The position numbers and the translations under genes were made by a program. Shown in pieces: positions 51,716-64,000 of a stretch of 64,000 bases of DNA. This DNA comes from Eledone cirrhosa. Lineage: Eukaryota. Each line of letters begins with the position of its first letter. The first letter of the stretch is position 1. The stretch covers positions 18,104,001 through 18,168,000 of the forward strand of contig OZ024756.1 in NCBI GenBank assembly GCA_964016885.1, in the 5' to 3' direction. Under the pieces are notes generated by a model. It did not search any database and had not been told where the DNA came from. It worked only from the letters and a program-made list of their open reading frames with translations.

Positions 51716-52092
51716 AGATAGATATATATATATATGTATGTATAGATAGATATATATATATATATTAAAAGTTACCAAATGAAAAGTAAGGTATGCTACT
51801 CACCTAGCATCAGCTCAAATTCTTATATTTTGTCTCCATTTTTTGGAAGTCTATGAGAGAAAAATACGCACACACACATATATACACACCTTATGTTTAC
51901 ACATATATATACTCTCATCAAACATACAGCACAAGAGAAACAATATTTATATTAAAAGCAAAAAAAAAAAATAGCAACAAATAATAAAATGGCAACAAAT
52001 GGTTCTTTAGAACGTCGGTAGAATCAGTTATGAGTGTCTATATATATATATATATATTATATGTACATATATATATATATATATATATTATA

Positions 52093-52145
<53 letters not shown>

Positions 52146-52600
52146 CATATATATATTATATATATATATATATATTATATGTACATATATATATTATATA
52201 TATATATATATTATATGTACATATGTACATATATATATATATATATATTATATGTACATATATACATACATATATATTATATGTACATATATACATACAT
52301 ATATATTATATGTACATATATATATATTATATGTACATATATATATATTATATGTACATATATACATATATATATATTATATGTACATGTATACATATAT
52401 ATATATATTATATGTACATATATACATATATATATATTATATGTACATGTATACATATATATATATTATATGTACATATATACATATATATATATTATAT
52501 GTACATGTATACATATATATATATTATATGTACATATATACATATATATATATTATATGTACATATATATATGTACATAGATATATATATATTATATGTG

Positions 52601-52639
<39 letters not shown>

Positions 52640-52744
52640 CATACACACATACGTATGTGTATAAACATGTATGTCTGAGTTTTCTGAAGATGTAAATGTA
52701 TATCTACCGATGTCTAATCTATATAATGTATATATATATATATG

Positions 52745-52790
<46 letters not shown>

Positions 52791-54489
52791 GTATATATTA
52801 TATGTTTGTATATATATAATGGTATTCCAAGATGGAGGGCTTTGCATGGATCAAATGCAAAGTAACCTTTGTTTGAAATTCAATATGGTTCAGTCCAAAC
52901 ACTTTTTTCTAGATGTGACACTCTTTGCTGCACTGTCTTCTGCATATTTATACACACAGATGACTGATCTCCTTGCATGTGTACATAAATGTGCAGCACG
53001 TATATATATATGCACACATCCACACTCACATATACTTCTATGTATATATGTTTATATATAATTAATGTGGATATATTTACACACACACACATGTATGTAT
53101 ATGATATATTTATATATAATATACCTCATGTGTGCGTATATTTATATACAATACATCCTATGTGTGTATATTTATATATAATACTTCATGTGTGTATATT
53201 TATATATAATTTGTTTAGTTATATTTACACACACACACTTCTATGTATATGATCTAGTAATATATAATGATTTGTGTGTATTTGTGTATATATATATATA
53301 TTATTTGTATATTTATGTTTGACATTTCCTATGTAAATATATACACTTGTTTGTATACGTATTATGTATGTATTTGTTGTGATTATATATACATATATTG
53401 AGACATATTTGTGTGTATATATATATATTTATATATAATTATATATATGTGTGTGTGTATGTATATATGTGTATATGTATGTATGTATATATGTGTGTGT
53501 GTATGTATGTATATGTGTGTATATGTATGTATATATATATGTGTGTGTATATATATATATATGTATCTGTGTGTGTGTATGTATCTATATATATAAATAA
53601 TGCACATGTATTATATTTCTCTGTGTGTGTGTGTCTTGTGTATGTCTGTGTCTATCTTGTTCACACATTCTACACATAAATATATATATGTAAATTAAAA
53701 TCTTTTTTGCCTGCCATGTATGTATAACACCTTTATTTTGGTTTTGTTTTTGAGTTGTGTTTTTTTTGTTGTTGTTTTTATTGAGCATTATTGCAGAACA
53801 TTTCAAGGGAAGGGTGGGGTGGGTGGATGCTTATTGGGAATCTTGGGGCGGGAGGTGGCGAAAGTTCTGGGGGAATTATTATTAATCTTTAGAAATGTTT
53901 CGATATGTTAGATTCTTTGCTCTCCTAACCTGGTATTGCTGCTGCTGCTACTACTACTGCTGCTTCCTCTGTTCCGCAGTTTTCGAGCAAGCGCTGACAC
54001 TTTTTTTTTTTTTTTTTTGTGTACTTTGCTACAGTTTCCTTTTGTTGTTTGGTTGGTTTGTATGTGTCTTCTATTTTTGTTAGTGTGTCTTTGCCAGTGG
54101 TTTGTCAGCTGCTAAACAATCTGCCTCTATGTTATGTCTTAATAAACCCACCCACCCACCAACCAAGAACTTTTTTTTTTGTCACAGCACTGCTAATTAT
54201 ACAAATATATGTGTATGTATACACATATATGTATATGCTTATATATCTCTTTTACCTGTTCCAGCCATCTGGCTGAGGCCATTCTGGGACACCGCCCTTA
54301 TATGTATATATATGAACTTATATATATATAAACTTTTTTTCGTTTTATATATAATATATATATTTATGTATATATGTATGTATAATATACATTATATAAC
54401 ATTTTTTTTTGTTTTATAATTATATATAAATAATATATACATAATATATATATATTTATGTATATATAATATACCTAATATATATAATG

Positions 54490-54520
<31 letters not shown>

Positions 54521-54537
54521 CATAATATATATATATA

Positions 54538-54592
<55 letters not shown>

Positions 54593-54783
54593 AAACTTTT
54601 TTTGTTCTGTACTTATATATTTTTTTCTGTTAATTTCATTTCCTCAAAAGTGAGATGATGAAGTTTATAAAGCATTATTCCCGCCCCTGCCATTCCATCC
54701 CTGCCAACCCATGACCTGTCCTGCTGATCTTCCCTTCAAAAATCCAAGTTGACAATTTAACAAGGTAAGAAACTGGTTGCTCA

Positions 54784-54818
<35 letters not shown>

Positions 54819-54867
54819 GATAGATAGATAGATAACTCTACGTACATCTTATATATAACAACATTCA

Positions 54868-54959
54868 TATTCCTGAAGATATGTAGACCAGCAGACTAAT
54901 GCCCCCCAATATATATTAAGGTATGGCCGGCTGTTCTACATTGAAACGTTTGTAGAGTA
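54868..54959 (+). ncRNA. Type I hammerhead ribozyme motif with long stem II
   Basis: tattc CTGAAGA t-atgtaga-c-cagc...gctg-t-tctacat-t GAAAC gttt GTA gagta. Confidence 0.7.
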
Positions 54960-55030
54960 AAATCATGTTATAAGTCTAAATTGGTTATTCAGGCTTAATT
55001 TTTATATATATATAACTCCACACGCACACA

Positions 55031-55253
55031 CAGGGTGAGCATAAATGTTTTTCCTGATTATAAACCTTTATTAAGCAGAGGCCATTTTGTTACTGAAAAT
55101 TACAACTACTTCCTGGAGAAGAGAAAATGTAAAAGATGTTCAGAAAAACTTCAATCTTGAAATTTATAAATTAAAACAATGAAAAAGTAAAATCTCAAAT
55201 AGTATTCAAGATATGGTATTTTATAATCAGGGAAAGACTTTATGCTCACTCTG
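55031..55253. mobile_element. Tc1/mariner-type MITE
   Basis: CAGGGTGAGCATAAA..CCTGATTATAA / TTATAATCAGG..TTTATGCTCACTCTG. Confidence 0.75.
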
Positions 55254-55254
55254 T

Positions 55255-55289
<35 letters not shown>

Positions 55290-55978
55290 AGTCAAATGTA
55301 GAAGATATATGTATATATATAGAGAGAAAGAACCATATATCCAGAGAAAACAGTATATTGTACATATACTAAATACATATTACAGAGAAGAATATGTACT
55401 CAGGATGTAATCAATAGAGGCCCTATAGCGCTATTTCATATTCTGTAGACTGTAATTTAAAATCAATCTGTAATCAGTTAAGGGGTATAGTCTATAGTAT
55501 TCTAGTAGAAATATAGAAGTAAAAATCGTACATGATATACTTGCAGAGACTTATTATTGCTCTGGATAATGTCTATTGAGAAGCACATAATTCTAACATA
55601 TTTAATGTTACATTTGTATGAATATATATATAATCTAGCTGTCGAAACTGCTGGAGCTCAGCTGTTGGGGTCCTGACTTTTTTTTTCATATATATAAGCA
55701 GGAACAAAGTCTGAAGGTTGCATCATATATAAACTTTATTCACATATGTCAATTGTTTCTATATCGATCAGCTCCTGATGACCAGAGCCTGACTTTGCAT
55801 TAGCAGCTCATCAGGTATACAGGTTTATATGTGCACGACACATGATGTAACCTTGAGACTGCTAGTTACAGCTGCCCCTAGCCCTTAGCTACACTTTGTG
55901 GACCTTTCAACTGCACTGAGTGCTACACCTATCTACTATATATATATTTGATTAGTAATGAACAACACAATACAATTA

Positions 55979-56049
55979 TTCCATTACCCAAGGTTTCACG
56001 AAGGCAGGCGACCTCAACAGAGGTGTCCGAAGTCGTTCATCAGAAGGAA
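55979..56049 (-). ncRNA. Type I hammerhead ribozyme motif (family 1)
   Basis: ttcctt CTGATGA acga..acctc-tgtt-gaggt..tcgt GAAAC cttgg GTA atggaa. One mismatch in stem I. Confidence 0.75.
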
Positions 56050-56325
56050 AATTTAATCTATATATATATATATATATATATGTGTGTATGAAAAGGCAAA
56101 CTAAAATAATTAAGCAAACAATACAGTACAATAAAGAAATATATTACTTTTACACCTGATATAGTAGGAAAAGTGTCTTAATATTTTGGACACTAAACCT
56201 TCATCAGAAAATAGAATGTATGTTTATATATATATATATATATCAAAGGTATATATTGAGTTAGAAACTCAAAATAGTCTCTTACAATTAAGTTCAAGGA
56301 AATAGATTTTTCCGAGCCACATATC

Positions 56326-56489
56326 ATAATTGAATATAAAAGAGATATAAGCACAGATTTATACATATATGTGTTCAAATCTCTAGGGTGAAAAAAAACT
56401 AATTATGAACAATAAGCGAATCTGGTCCCTTACAATTTGAATACATATATGTATTTATCTGTGTTTATCTCTCTTTTATATTCAATTAT
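56326..56489. mobile_element. Foldback element (~55-bp arms)
   Basis: ataattgaatataaaagaga...ttcaaat / atttgaa...tctcttttatattcaattat. Confidence 0.75.
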
Positions 56490-56516
56490 TTATATATATA
56501 TATATATATATATAAG

Positions 56517-56715
56517 CACTCTGAATGGAAAATGGATGAGTATTCACGTACATGAGACACGAGCCCACATCTTTGGTTTGCCAGACCAACGGCAAAACAA
56601 AGATGTGGGTTCATGACCTATGTATGTCAATACTCATCTTTTTTCCATTCAGAGGGTTTTTTAAAAATCCCAACTAACAGACTAATTTTATTTAGTCAAA
56701 TACGGCATAAGCACA
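56517..56715. mobile_element. Foldback element related to 48036-48647
   Basis: tggaaaa..gatgagta ... tactcatc..ttttcca arms with a nested cccacatctttg / caaagatgtggg hairpin. Shares tttagtcaaa.atacgg. Confidence 0.75.
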
Positions 56716-56797
56716 TGCTACTACCCATTTTCAAACTTTGCTTGCTGTTTATAAACAAAGCCTGCTTTGTCTTTCTCTCTCTATATGTAAACAATAT

Positions 56798-57210
56798 TTA
56801 ACCCTTTCATTGCCATATTTCTATGAAAAACACTCTCTATGATTTTTAAGTAATTTCTGGCCAGAATTCTCTCACATTTTTCTATTCAAACTGGCTGTAA
56901 CCAGCCACTCATACTTATGTTAAGGTATTTTTCTCAAAATAAATATCAAAATCTCATAGTATATTTAAGTAATGTAAATGCTAAAGGGTTAAAACCCTTT
57001 TGTTACCATATTTCTAATGAAAGAAGACACTGCCTATACTTTTTCAAATAATTTCGAAAATAATCAAAAATTCGTAGGGTATTTTTTAAATATAACTAAC
57101 TAGTGTTTGGAACATAACTTAACAAAGTTTCTTTTTTTAGATAACTATAAACACTTTAAAATAAAACAGTTTTGTATCATAGAACTCTGGAAGAATTTGG
57201 TATAAAAAAA
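56798..57210. mobile_element. Composite of piggyBac-like MITEs
   Basis: TTAACCCTTTCATT start and ...GCTAAAGGGTTAA at 56992, followed by a second family-2 element. Confidence 0.75.
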
Positions 57211-57867
57211 TAATAAGATCAAGAAATATTGAATTGGTGAAATCACAAATCAACAAGAGACATGATTTTTTTTTTTTTTTTTTTCTTCCACATCTCAACT
57301 CAGCAGAAACTTGGATCTCCCTCCCGATATCACCCCCCCCCCCCTTATTTTTCTTTGCTTTTTTTTTTTTTTGCTTTTTCTTCTCTGTAAGATGATTATA
57401 AACACTCTACATTCATCTCACTTCCCAGCAACAATGTTTCGTTGATTTCAGTATTTCAAAAGCATTTGAAGAAAGAAAAAAAAAAATAAATAAATAAAAA
57501 TAGTTTTAAAAAAAATAAAAAAAAAACAAGAGCAACAACAGCATACATACATATATATATATATATAAAAAAAAGAAACAATTCACCATACTTCACTTCA
57601 CTTCACTCACTCCCCACCACCACCACCAACCTACTCCCACCTCATTGAATCCCATTTTTTATTTTTATTTGTATTTTTTTTTAATCTTGATTTTGATGTC
57701 TCCAATTTTGTTGTGAGACCTTGTCAGTTTTTATCTAGTTGGTTGGCCAGCCACGGTCATACCAACCACTACCACTCACCTTGTATCGTGAACAAAATAT
57801 GTGATAATTGGGGTAAAAAAAATAAATTAATTTTGACAAATGTATCCACGTGTTTTTATTATTATTA

Positions 57868-58289
57868 TTGGCAATATCAGTAGAGGGTCGGACGCCATGC
57901 TTTGCAGCATAGAGTTACGCCCCTTTACAGTCTGAGTTCAAATCCCGCCGAGGTTAACTTTGCCTTTCATCTTTACGGAGTCGATAAAATAAAGCACCAG
58001 TAATGTACTGGGGTAATTGCTGGCCTTGTGCCAAAAGTAGAAACATTAACATTATTATTATTATTAATACAGGGCGGTGGATTTGCAGTATCGGTATAGC
58101 GTCAGAGACCATTCTTTGCGGCATAGAGTTACGGCCCTTTACATTTTGTGTTCAAATCCCGCCAAGGTTAGCCTTGTCTGTCATCCTTATGGGGTCGATA
58201 AAATAAAGTACCAGTAATGCTCTGGGGGTCGATTTAATCGATTTTCCCCTACCACCAAATTGCTGGCCTTGTGCCTAAAGTAGAAACCA
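57868..58289 (+). mobile_element. Two tandem SINE B copies
   Basis: Consensus match at 57868-58043 and 58071-58289. Confidence 0.9.
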
Positions 58290-58506
58290 TTTTTTAAATT
58301 TTTACCAGATGAGGGCAACGTCTTCTCCCTTTCTCTCTCTAAACAAATGACGTTCCTTTTCTCTCTATATCTATGTACATATCTCTCACTTGGCGTTCCC
58401 CCCCCTCTATATATAGATGAGGGCGACGTCATAACTTTCTGTCTATCTACCTCTTTCTGCCACCTCAAAAACACAGCGTTCCCTTTTCTCTCTCTATCTA
58501 TGTACA

Positions 58507-59155
58507 TACTCATCACACTTGGCCAATTGCTGGTTGGTGAAGCTATTTAACCCTCAGTTGTATATAGTGAAGGCGGAGTGGTTAGAGAATTGGATTCGCA
58601 ATCGTAAGGTTGTGAGTTCGATTCCTGGACCAGGCGATGCGTTATGTCCTTGAGCAAGACACTTTATTTCACGTTGCTCCTTCTACCTGGAGTTGCGACC
58701 GATAGATAGTATTAGCAATTGGAAAGACCAACGGAAACATTGTTCCCTCAGTCCGATTTGACGAAAGTCGATCGTTCCTTAAAAAATATATATAGCCTGT
58801 TTCCCCCCCCCCCCCCTTTTGGAACTTTCCCCCGTTGATGGGCGTGAGCCCGAATTATTGGGATTAAATCTCCACTACGGTAACCCTTCTACCTTTGTTT
58901 TGTTTTCATCTTTGTCTCTCTCAATTTTCACTTTATCCTATTTCTCCTATCTATCATTCACTTCCTACCTCGAGATTTCCCTCTGCATTTATATATATAT
59001 ATATATCAATCCAACCTAGGACCTTCTCACTCCTGTTGGAGTCAACCTTGGTTGACCTCCACCACTATCTGTTTCGTTTTGGTTATGTTGGGTGTAGCCG
59101 TACTCATCACACTTGGCCAATTGCTGGTTGGTGAAGCTATTTAACCCACAGTTGT
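58507..59155. repeat. 55-bp direct repeats (58507-58561 and 59101-59155)
   Basis: tactcatcacacttggccaattgctggttggtgaagctatttaaccc(t/a)cagttgt, one mismatch. Confidence 0.9.
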
Positions 59156-59271
59156 GGTGGATGGTTATTACATATACAGACACATATGGCCGAACTTTAG
59201 AACATACAAGTATGAGAAAGAGCAGTCAGTGTGAATTGCAGAGTAATATGAAATTTAATTGAAGCTGAAAC

Positions 59272-59313
59272 TTATACGACTTTAGGTTTCACCTTTCAGT
59301 TCATCAGGTTTAT
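59272..59313 (-). ncRNA. Minimal hammerhead motif (Penelope-type)
   Basis: ataaac CTGATGA act-gaaa-ggt GAAAC ctaaa GTC gtata. Intact core with one mismatch in stem I. Confidence 0.55.
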
Positions 59314-59320
59314 GTGTGTT

Positions 59321-59361
<41 letters not shown>

Positions 59362-59394
59362 ATAAATATATATATACATGGAATGTTGTTAAGG

Positions 59395-59620
59395 CAGGGT
59401 TACTTTTACATAATTGTTTTATTGCACAATATATATTTCAATGACATGGTTATGTAATGGCTATATCATTGATAATCTCCATGTGACATCATCAGATGCT
59501 CATACAATTATGAGGTATAGTATACCAAGATGGTAATGTATTATCATCTTGGTGTGATGCCATGTAACATATGTTGAAATATATATTATGCAATAAAACA
59601 ATTATGTAACTGTAACCCTG
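59395..59620. mobile_element. Foldback element
   Basis: cagggttac..ttacataattgttttattgca..atatatatttcaa / ttgaaatatata..tgcaataaaacaattatgtaa..gtaaccctg. Confidence 0.8.
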
Positions 59621-59791
59621 TAACCCTTTCCATCACACCTAATTACCAACATTTTTCTGAGGATTCACTACTGGTGTAAAGTGCCTTTGAATTGCTTCAA
59701 CTGGTTTATCCTCGCGGCATTACAACGTAACTGCCATGAATAAACACCTTTCTTATCTGCACTATATATATAAATATATAAAAATATAAAT

Positions 59792-60110
59792 GAAGGCACA
59801 TGGCTTAGTGGTTAGAGCGTTGGCCTTGCAATCGAAAGGTTGTGAGTTCAATTCTCAGACCAGGTGATGTGTTGTTTCCTTGAGCAAGACACTTTATTTC
59901 ACATTGCTCCAGTTTACTCATGATAGGGACCCCAGTCCCTATCATTCCACTGCAAAGTAGTCGTGAAGGTGCCACGGAAAAAAAGCACCCAACACTCACT
60001 GTAAATGAGGTTGGTGTTAGGAAGGGTATCCAGCTGTAGAAATCAAGCCAGAATCAGTTCACGTCCCACCCTTGCAAGCAGGGAAAAGCGGACGTAAAAT
60101 GATGATGATG
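59792..60110 (+). mobile_element. SINE family A with an internal deletion and inverted hairpin loop
   Basis: Consensus match. The loop reads CCCA instead of TGGG. Confidence 0.9.
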
Positions 60111-60724
60111 ATATATATATATATATATATATACACAAATAAAAATGAAAAACTCATTGGTAGAACAGCTGTTAAAACAACCAAATTCTGTCAAAGACAG
60201 CGATCGGTAAAAATGCCTGAGAGGACAGAGACCAGCGGCCAATGATTGACAGTAAGACAATCCACAAAGTGGGTGACAGGTAGATGAAATATAGAAAAGA
60301 TTGAAACAGGAGAAGGACAAGAAGAAGTGTGTTGGTGCATAGAAGTGACAGGAAGAAGGAAACAAAGAAAGGTGATGTACAAGACAAGTTGACACACTCA
60401 CATCTTTGCCCTCGTCAGCTTTCAAACCAGCATAAAGGTTTGGCACGTTTTAATTGAGAGTACTATGTTAAAATGGTGGATTGCACAACAGAAAAATAAA
60501 TCTTTCTGCTGGTATGATGTGTGTGTGATAAAACAACAGCACAGACAGAAGGACAAAAGAAGATGAAAAGAAAATAACAGGATATATATATATACGTACA
60601 TATGTGTGTTTGCATATATCATCATCATCATCATTTTTCGTCCACTTTTCATGTATAAGTGTGTGTAGTAGTAGTAGTAGTAGTAGCTAGAATAAGAACA
60701 TGATGGACAAAGTTCAGAGAGTTC

Positions 60725-61150
60725 TACCTTTGTTGACAACAAAAGACTTCTCTATATGAACAAAAGTCTGATACAGTTGGCCTGAGTGTAATGTGCAATG
60801 CTGCATGGTGGTGAAACATGGGCAGTGGATGCAGGGATATGAAAAGGTTGGAGATAAATGAAGCGAGCATGCTTGGATGGATGTGTGACACAAATTCCAT
60901 GCATGAATAACAAAGCATAGATGAACTGAGAGAAAAACAAGGTATAAGAGGAATCAGATGTAGTGTGGAGGAGAGAAGACTGCTGGGTGAAGAGATGCTT
61001 CGAAATCCTAGTGGAAGACACCTTCAGGATAGAAAAACCTGTACAGAAATGGTGAGAAGTGAGCTTAAATCTAGGACAGGAAGACCTGGGCAGAAGTGGT
61101 GAGAGGTGATCTTAAATCACAGAAACTCAAAGAGGATGCTATGAAGGAAA
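60725..61150 (+). mobile_element. Degenerate RTE LINE RT C-terminal fragment
   Basis: DMKRLEINEASMLGWMC..SIDELREKQGIRGIRCSV..RRL and GRPRKTW-like remnants. Confidence 0.7.
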
Positions 61151-61232
61151 AAGCCCATCCAACCGAAGCAATATATATACATATACATACATACATACAT
61201 ACATATATATATATATACACATATATATACAT

Positions 61233-61267
<35 letters not shown>

Positions 61268-61397
61268 ACAGGACAAATCGTCTAACCCATGTTAGTGTGG
61301 AAAATGGATGTATATATATATATATATATCTATGTGTATATATATATATATATATATGTGTGTCAGAATATCTGTATATATATATATATATATATCC

Positions 61398-61444
<47 letters not shown>

Positions 61445-61472
61445 TATACAGATATTCTGATATTCTCTCTCT

Positions 61473-61539
<67 letters not shown>

Positions 61540-62010
61540 AGAGAGAGAGGGAGAGAGATATACAGATATTCTGACACAGACACATAAGCAACCAACTGCT
61601 GAAATTCTCCAATACAGAAAACAAAACAAAGATTAAATTGCTAGATTTGTTGTCATCCAGGACCTTCAGAGATATGTGACGAATACAGACACATATATAC
61701 ATATATACATACATTCATACACACAAACACATACATATATATATATATAAACATATATGAATATATTATATCAAGCATTAATCTAATAAATTTCTTCATT
61801 GTACTGTGTTGTTAGCTTTGTTGTTTCCGTTTATTTTTGCATACATACACACACACACACATGTATATACATATATATGTATATCATATATGTGTATACA
61901 TATATGTGTATTTACATATATATGTATATACATATACGTATATATACATATGTGTATATATATATATGTATGTATATACATATATATGTATATACATATA
62001 CGTGTATATA

Positions 62011-62059
<49 letters not shown>

Positions 62060-62271
62060 GGGGAATGTAATCCGAGCGCTGACGAAATCTTGATGCCTTT
62101 GTCAGCAACTTTCTGGTGTCCTTTACGTCAATCTGCAGGAGGGTGTGGCTGCAAAATGGTACTTGATTTTCAGAGAAACTATTTTTAGAATCACCGTTCG
62201 GGCACTCAAGTCATCTGTGCGCACGCGCAGCACTAGTTTTCTTTCCTTAGCTGGACTTCAAAGTGGTGAGT
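62060..62271 (+). promoter_or_regulatory. Promoter and short non-coding first exon of a plus-strand gene
   Basis: CRE-like TTACGTCA (~62122), NRF1-type TGCGCACGCGCA (62218-62229), donor GTG|GTGAGT (62265/62266), and CpG enrichment. Confidence 0.55.
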
Positions 62272-63402
62272 GACTTTAAATTTAGTCAAATTCCAGTCGT
62301 CCGTCCTCATTCGTCATTAGATTTTTTGTTTGTTTGTTGGGTCTTTTCCCCCATTCTTATTCGATATATACATTCATAATGGTGGCTGCAAACCTGCTTC
62401 TTTCTATGAAGTGTCGTTGTGTATTTACTGTAGGGTGGTTTATCGGGGTGTCTGGCGCAATCCACAATTCCCACCCACTTCCACGAACCTGCTTACGGCC
62501 ACTACAGACTGAATATGTCCTACTGTTTATTTCCTCTCCACCCCCCCGACCTATATATGTGTATATGTATATATATTTGAATATATATGTGTGTGTGCGT
62601 CTCTGTGTCTGTTTATCTGTCCGCGTTTCTCTGGAGGTATTTTTTCTTTCACATCATCACACAAATATTTACATTACTCAATTGATAAAAGTAATTCTTC
62701 GTTTTCTCCCTTTCTGCATCTTTGTCATCTTTTCTTCGTAATTTGTCGAATCTATTCTCAGAGATATTAAAAACTTTGGCGTGTCTCTGTGTGTTGGATT
62801 AGAGGCGGGGAGTTTTAACGTAATTTCTACGTCTCTGTCTCACCTCGTCTCTCATCCAAACCGCCACCCTACCTCCACTGTAATATCCTTAAGCAGTCCA
62901 CAAATATCAATTTTGGTTCTGCTATGAAGATATATATAGTTTAGGAAGGCAACTGTGATCATACGTAACATTAATGACGACAAAACAATAATAACAAGAA
63001 ACCACATCAAATACAAGACAAAATAAATCGAGAAGCACAGCAAAACAAAACAGAGAGAAAAGATTGAGTGAAGCAAACCCAGACAAAACATCACAACAAC
63101 AACAACAAATACACGATGCTAAATGGCAGACGTAGAGCGAACAACAATAAAGAAGGTGGGGCTGGTGTTTTAAAGGGACAGAGCTGTCCCTCGCATGGGT
63201 TGAGAGAAGACAAGCGATGACAACAGAAATACTTTCAGACAGACAGACACGCAATCACACATCGGGCATGTACAGTGATGTATGGCAGTCACACGTAGTC
63301 TACACAGATGTATCACACACACAGTTACATACACACACATTGATATAGACACAAATAAACACACGCACGCACGCACACACACACACACACACATATATAT
63401 AG

Positions 63403-63440
<38 letters not shown>

Positions 63441-63716
63441 ATGTGTGTGCGTACGTGTGCGTGTGTTTATTTGTGTCTATATCAATGTGTGTGTGTGATG
63501 TATATATATATATACACACACACACACTGGTATTATAGACAATACAATGTAAAAATCAAGTGTCGGCAGGAAATTCTTCCTTCAATTTCTGTTTGTCTTT
63601 CGCCTTATCTTTCTCTAATCCTTTATAAATATATATATATATATATATATATACACTATATATATATATGTATATATATAAACACACACATATATGTGTA
63701 TGTGTGTGTCTATATA

Positions 63717-63751
<35 letters not shown>

Positions 63752-63795
63752 GCGATGTGTGTGTATATATATATGTGTGTGTGTTGTAAAGAATA

Positions 63796-63853
<58 letters not shown>

Positions 63854-64000
63854 CTTATTCTTTACAACAATAAAGATTTCTTTATTAACTACAAGGGCGG
63901 GGAGGGGGGGGGGGTGACACGGAAAAAAACATAAGGACGGCACATGACAGTACAGTGTAGGGGGAGGGGTGGCTGTAAAAATTTAACAAATCCAAAATGT

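Noticed and set aside
59058-59115. GTGATGA...GAAAC on the minus strand as a hammerhead
   Set aside because: C3 is missing, the cleavage position is G, and there is no stem I.

Overview
AT-rich, microsatellite-saturated eukaryotic DNA. The SINE, LINE and microsatellite profile resembles octopod cephalopod genomes (inference from recall, not a database match). Most ORFs in the supplied track are microsatellite artefacts. Host-gene signals I can support: (i) a plus-strand gene with a YY1-type promoter near 28.7 kb, a spliced uORF-rich leader and a ~627-aa ORF (37679-39562) carrying a C4 zinc-knuckle, SUMO sites and an eh1 repressor motif; (ii) an intronless Glu-rich coiled-coil gene on the minus strand (14027-12906) split by one in-frame TAA; (iii) two NRF1-type promoters with first exons at the window edges. 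Mobile DNA includes a 5'-truncated CR1 LINE with an uninterrupted RT ORF, RTE and CRE fragments, three tRNA-derived SINE families, a non-autonomous Helitron, hAT, piggyBac and Tc1/mariner MITEs, and several foldback elements. The most striking unannotated signal is a dispersed set of type I hammerhead ribozyme motifs: five well-formed and several decayed copies, in at least two families, beside (TA)n tracts. They have long stem II insertions and tiny or palindromic stem III, suggesting non-autonomous Penelope-like or retrozyme elements. All folds were paired by eye and no activity was tested.
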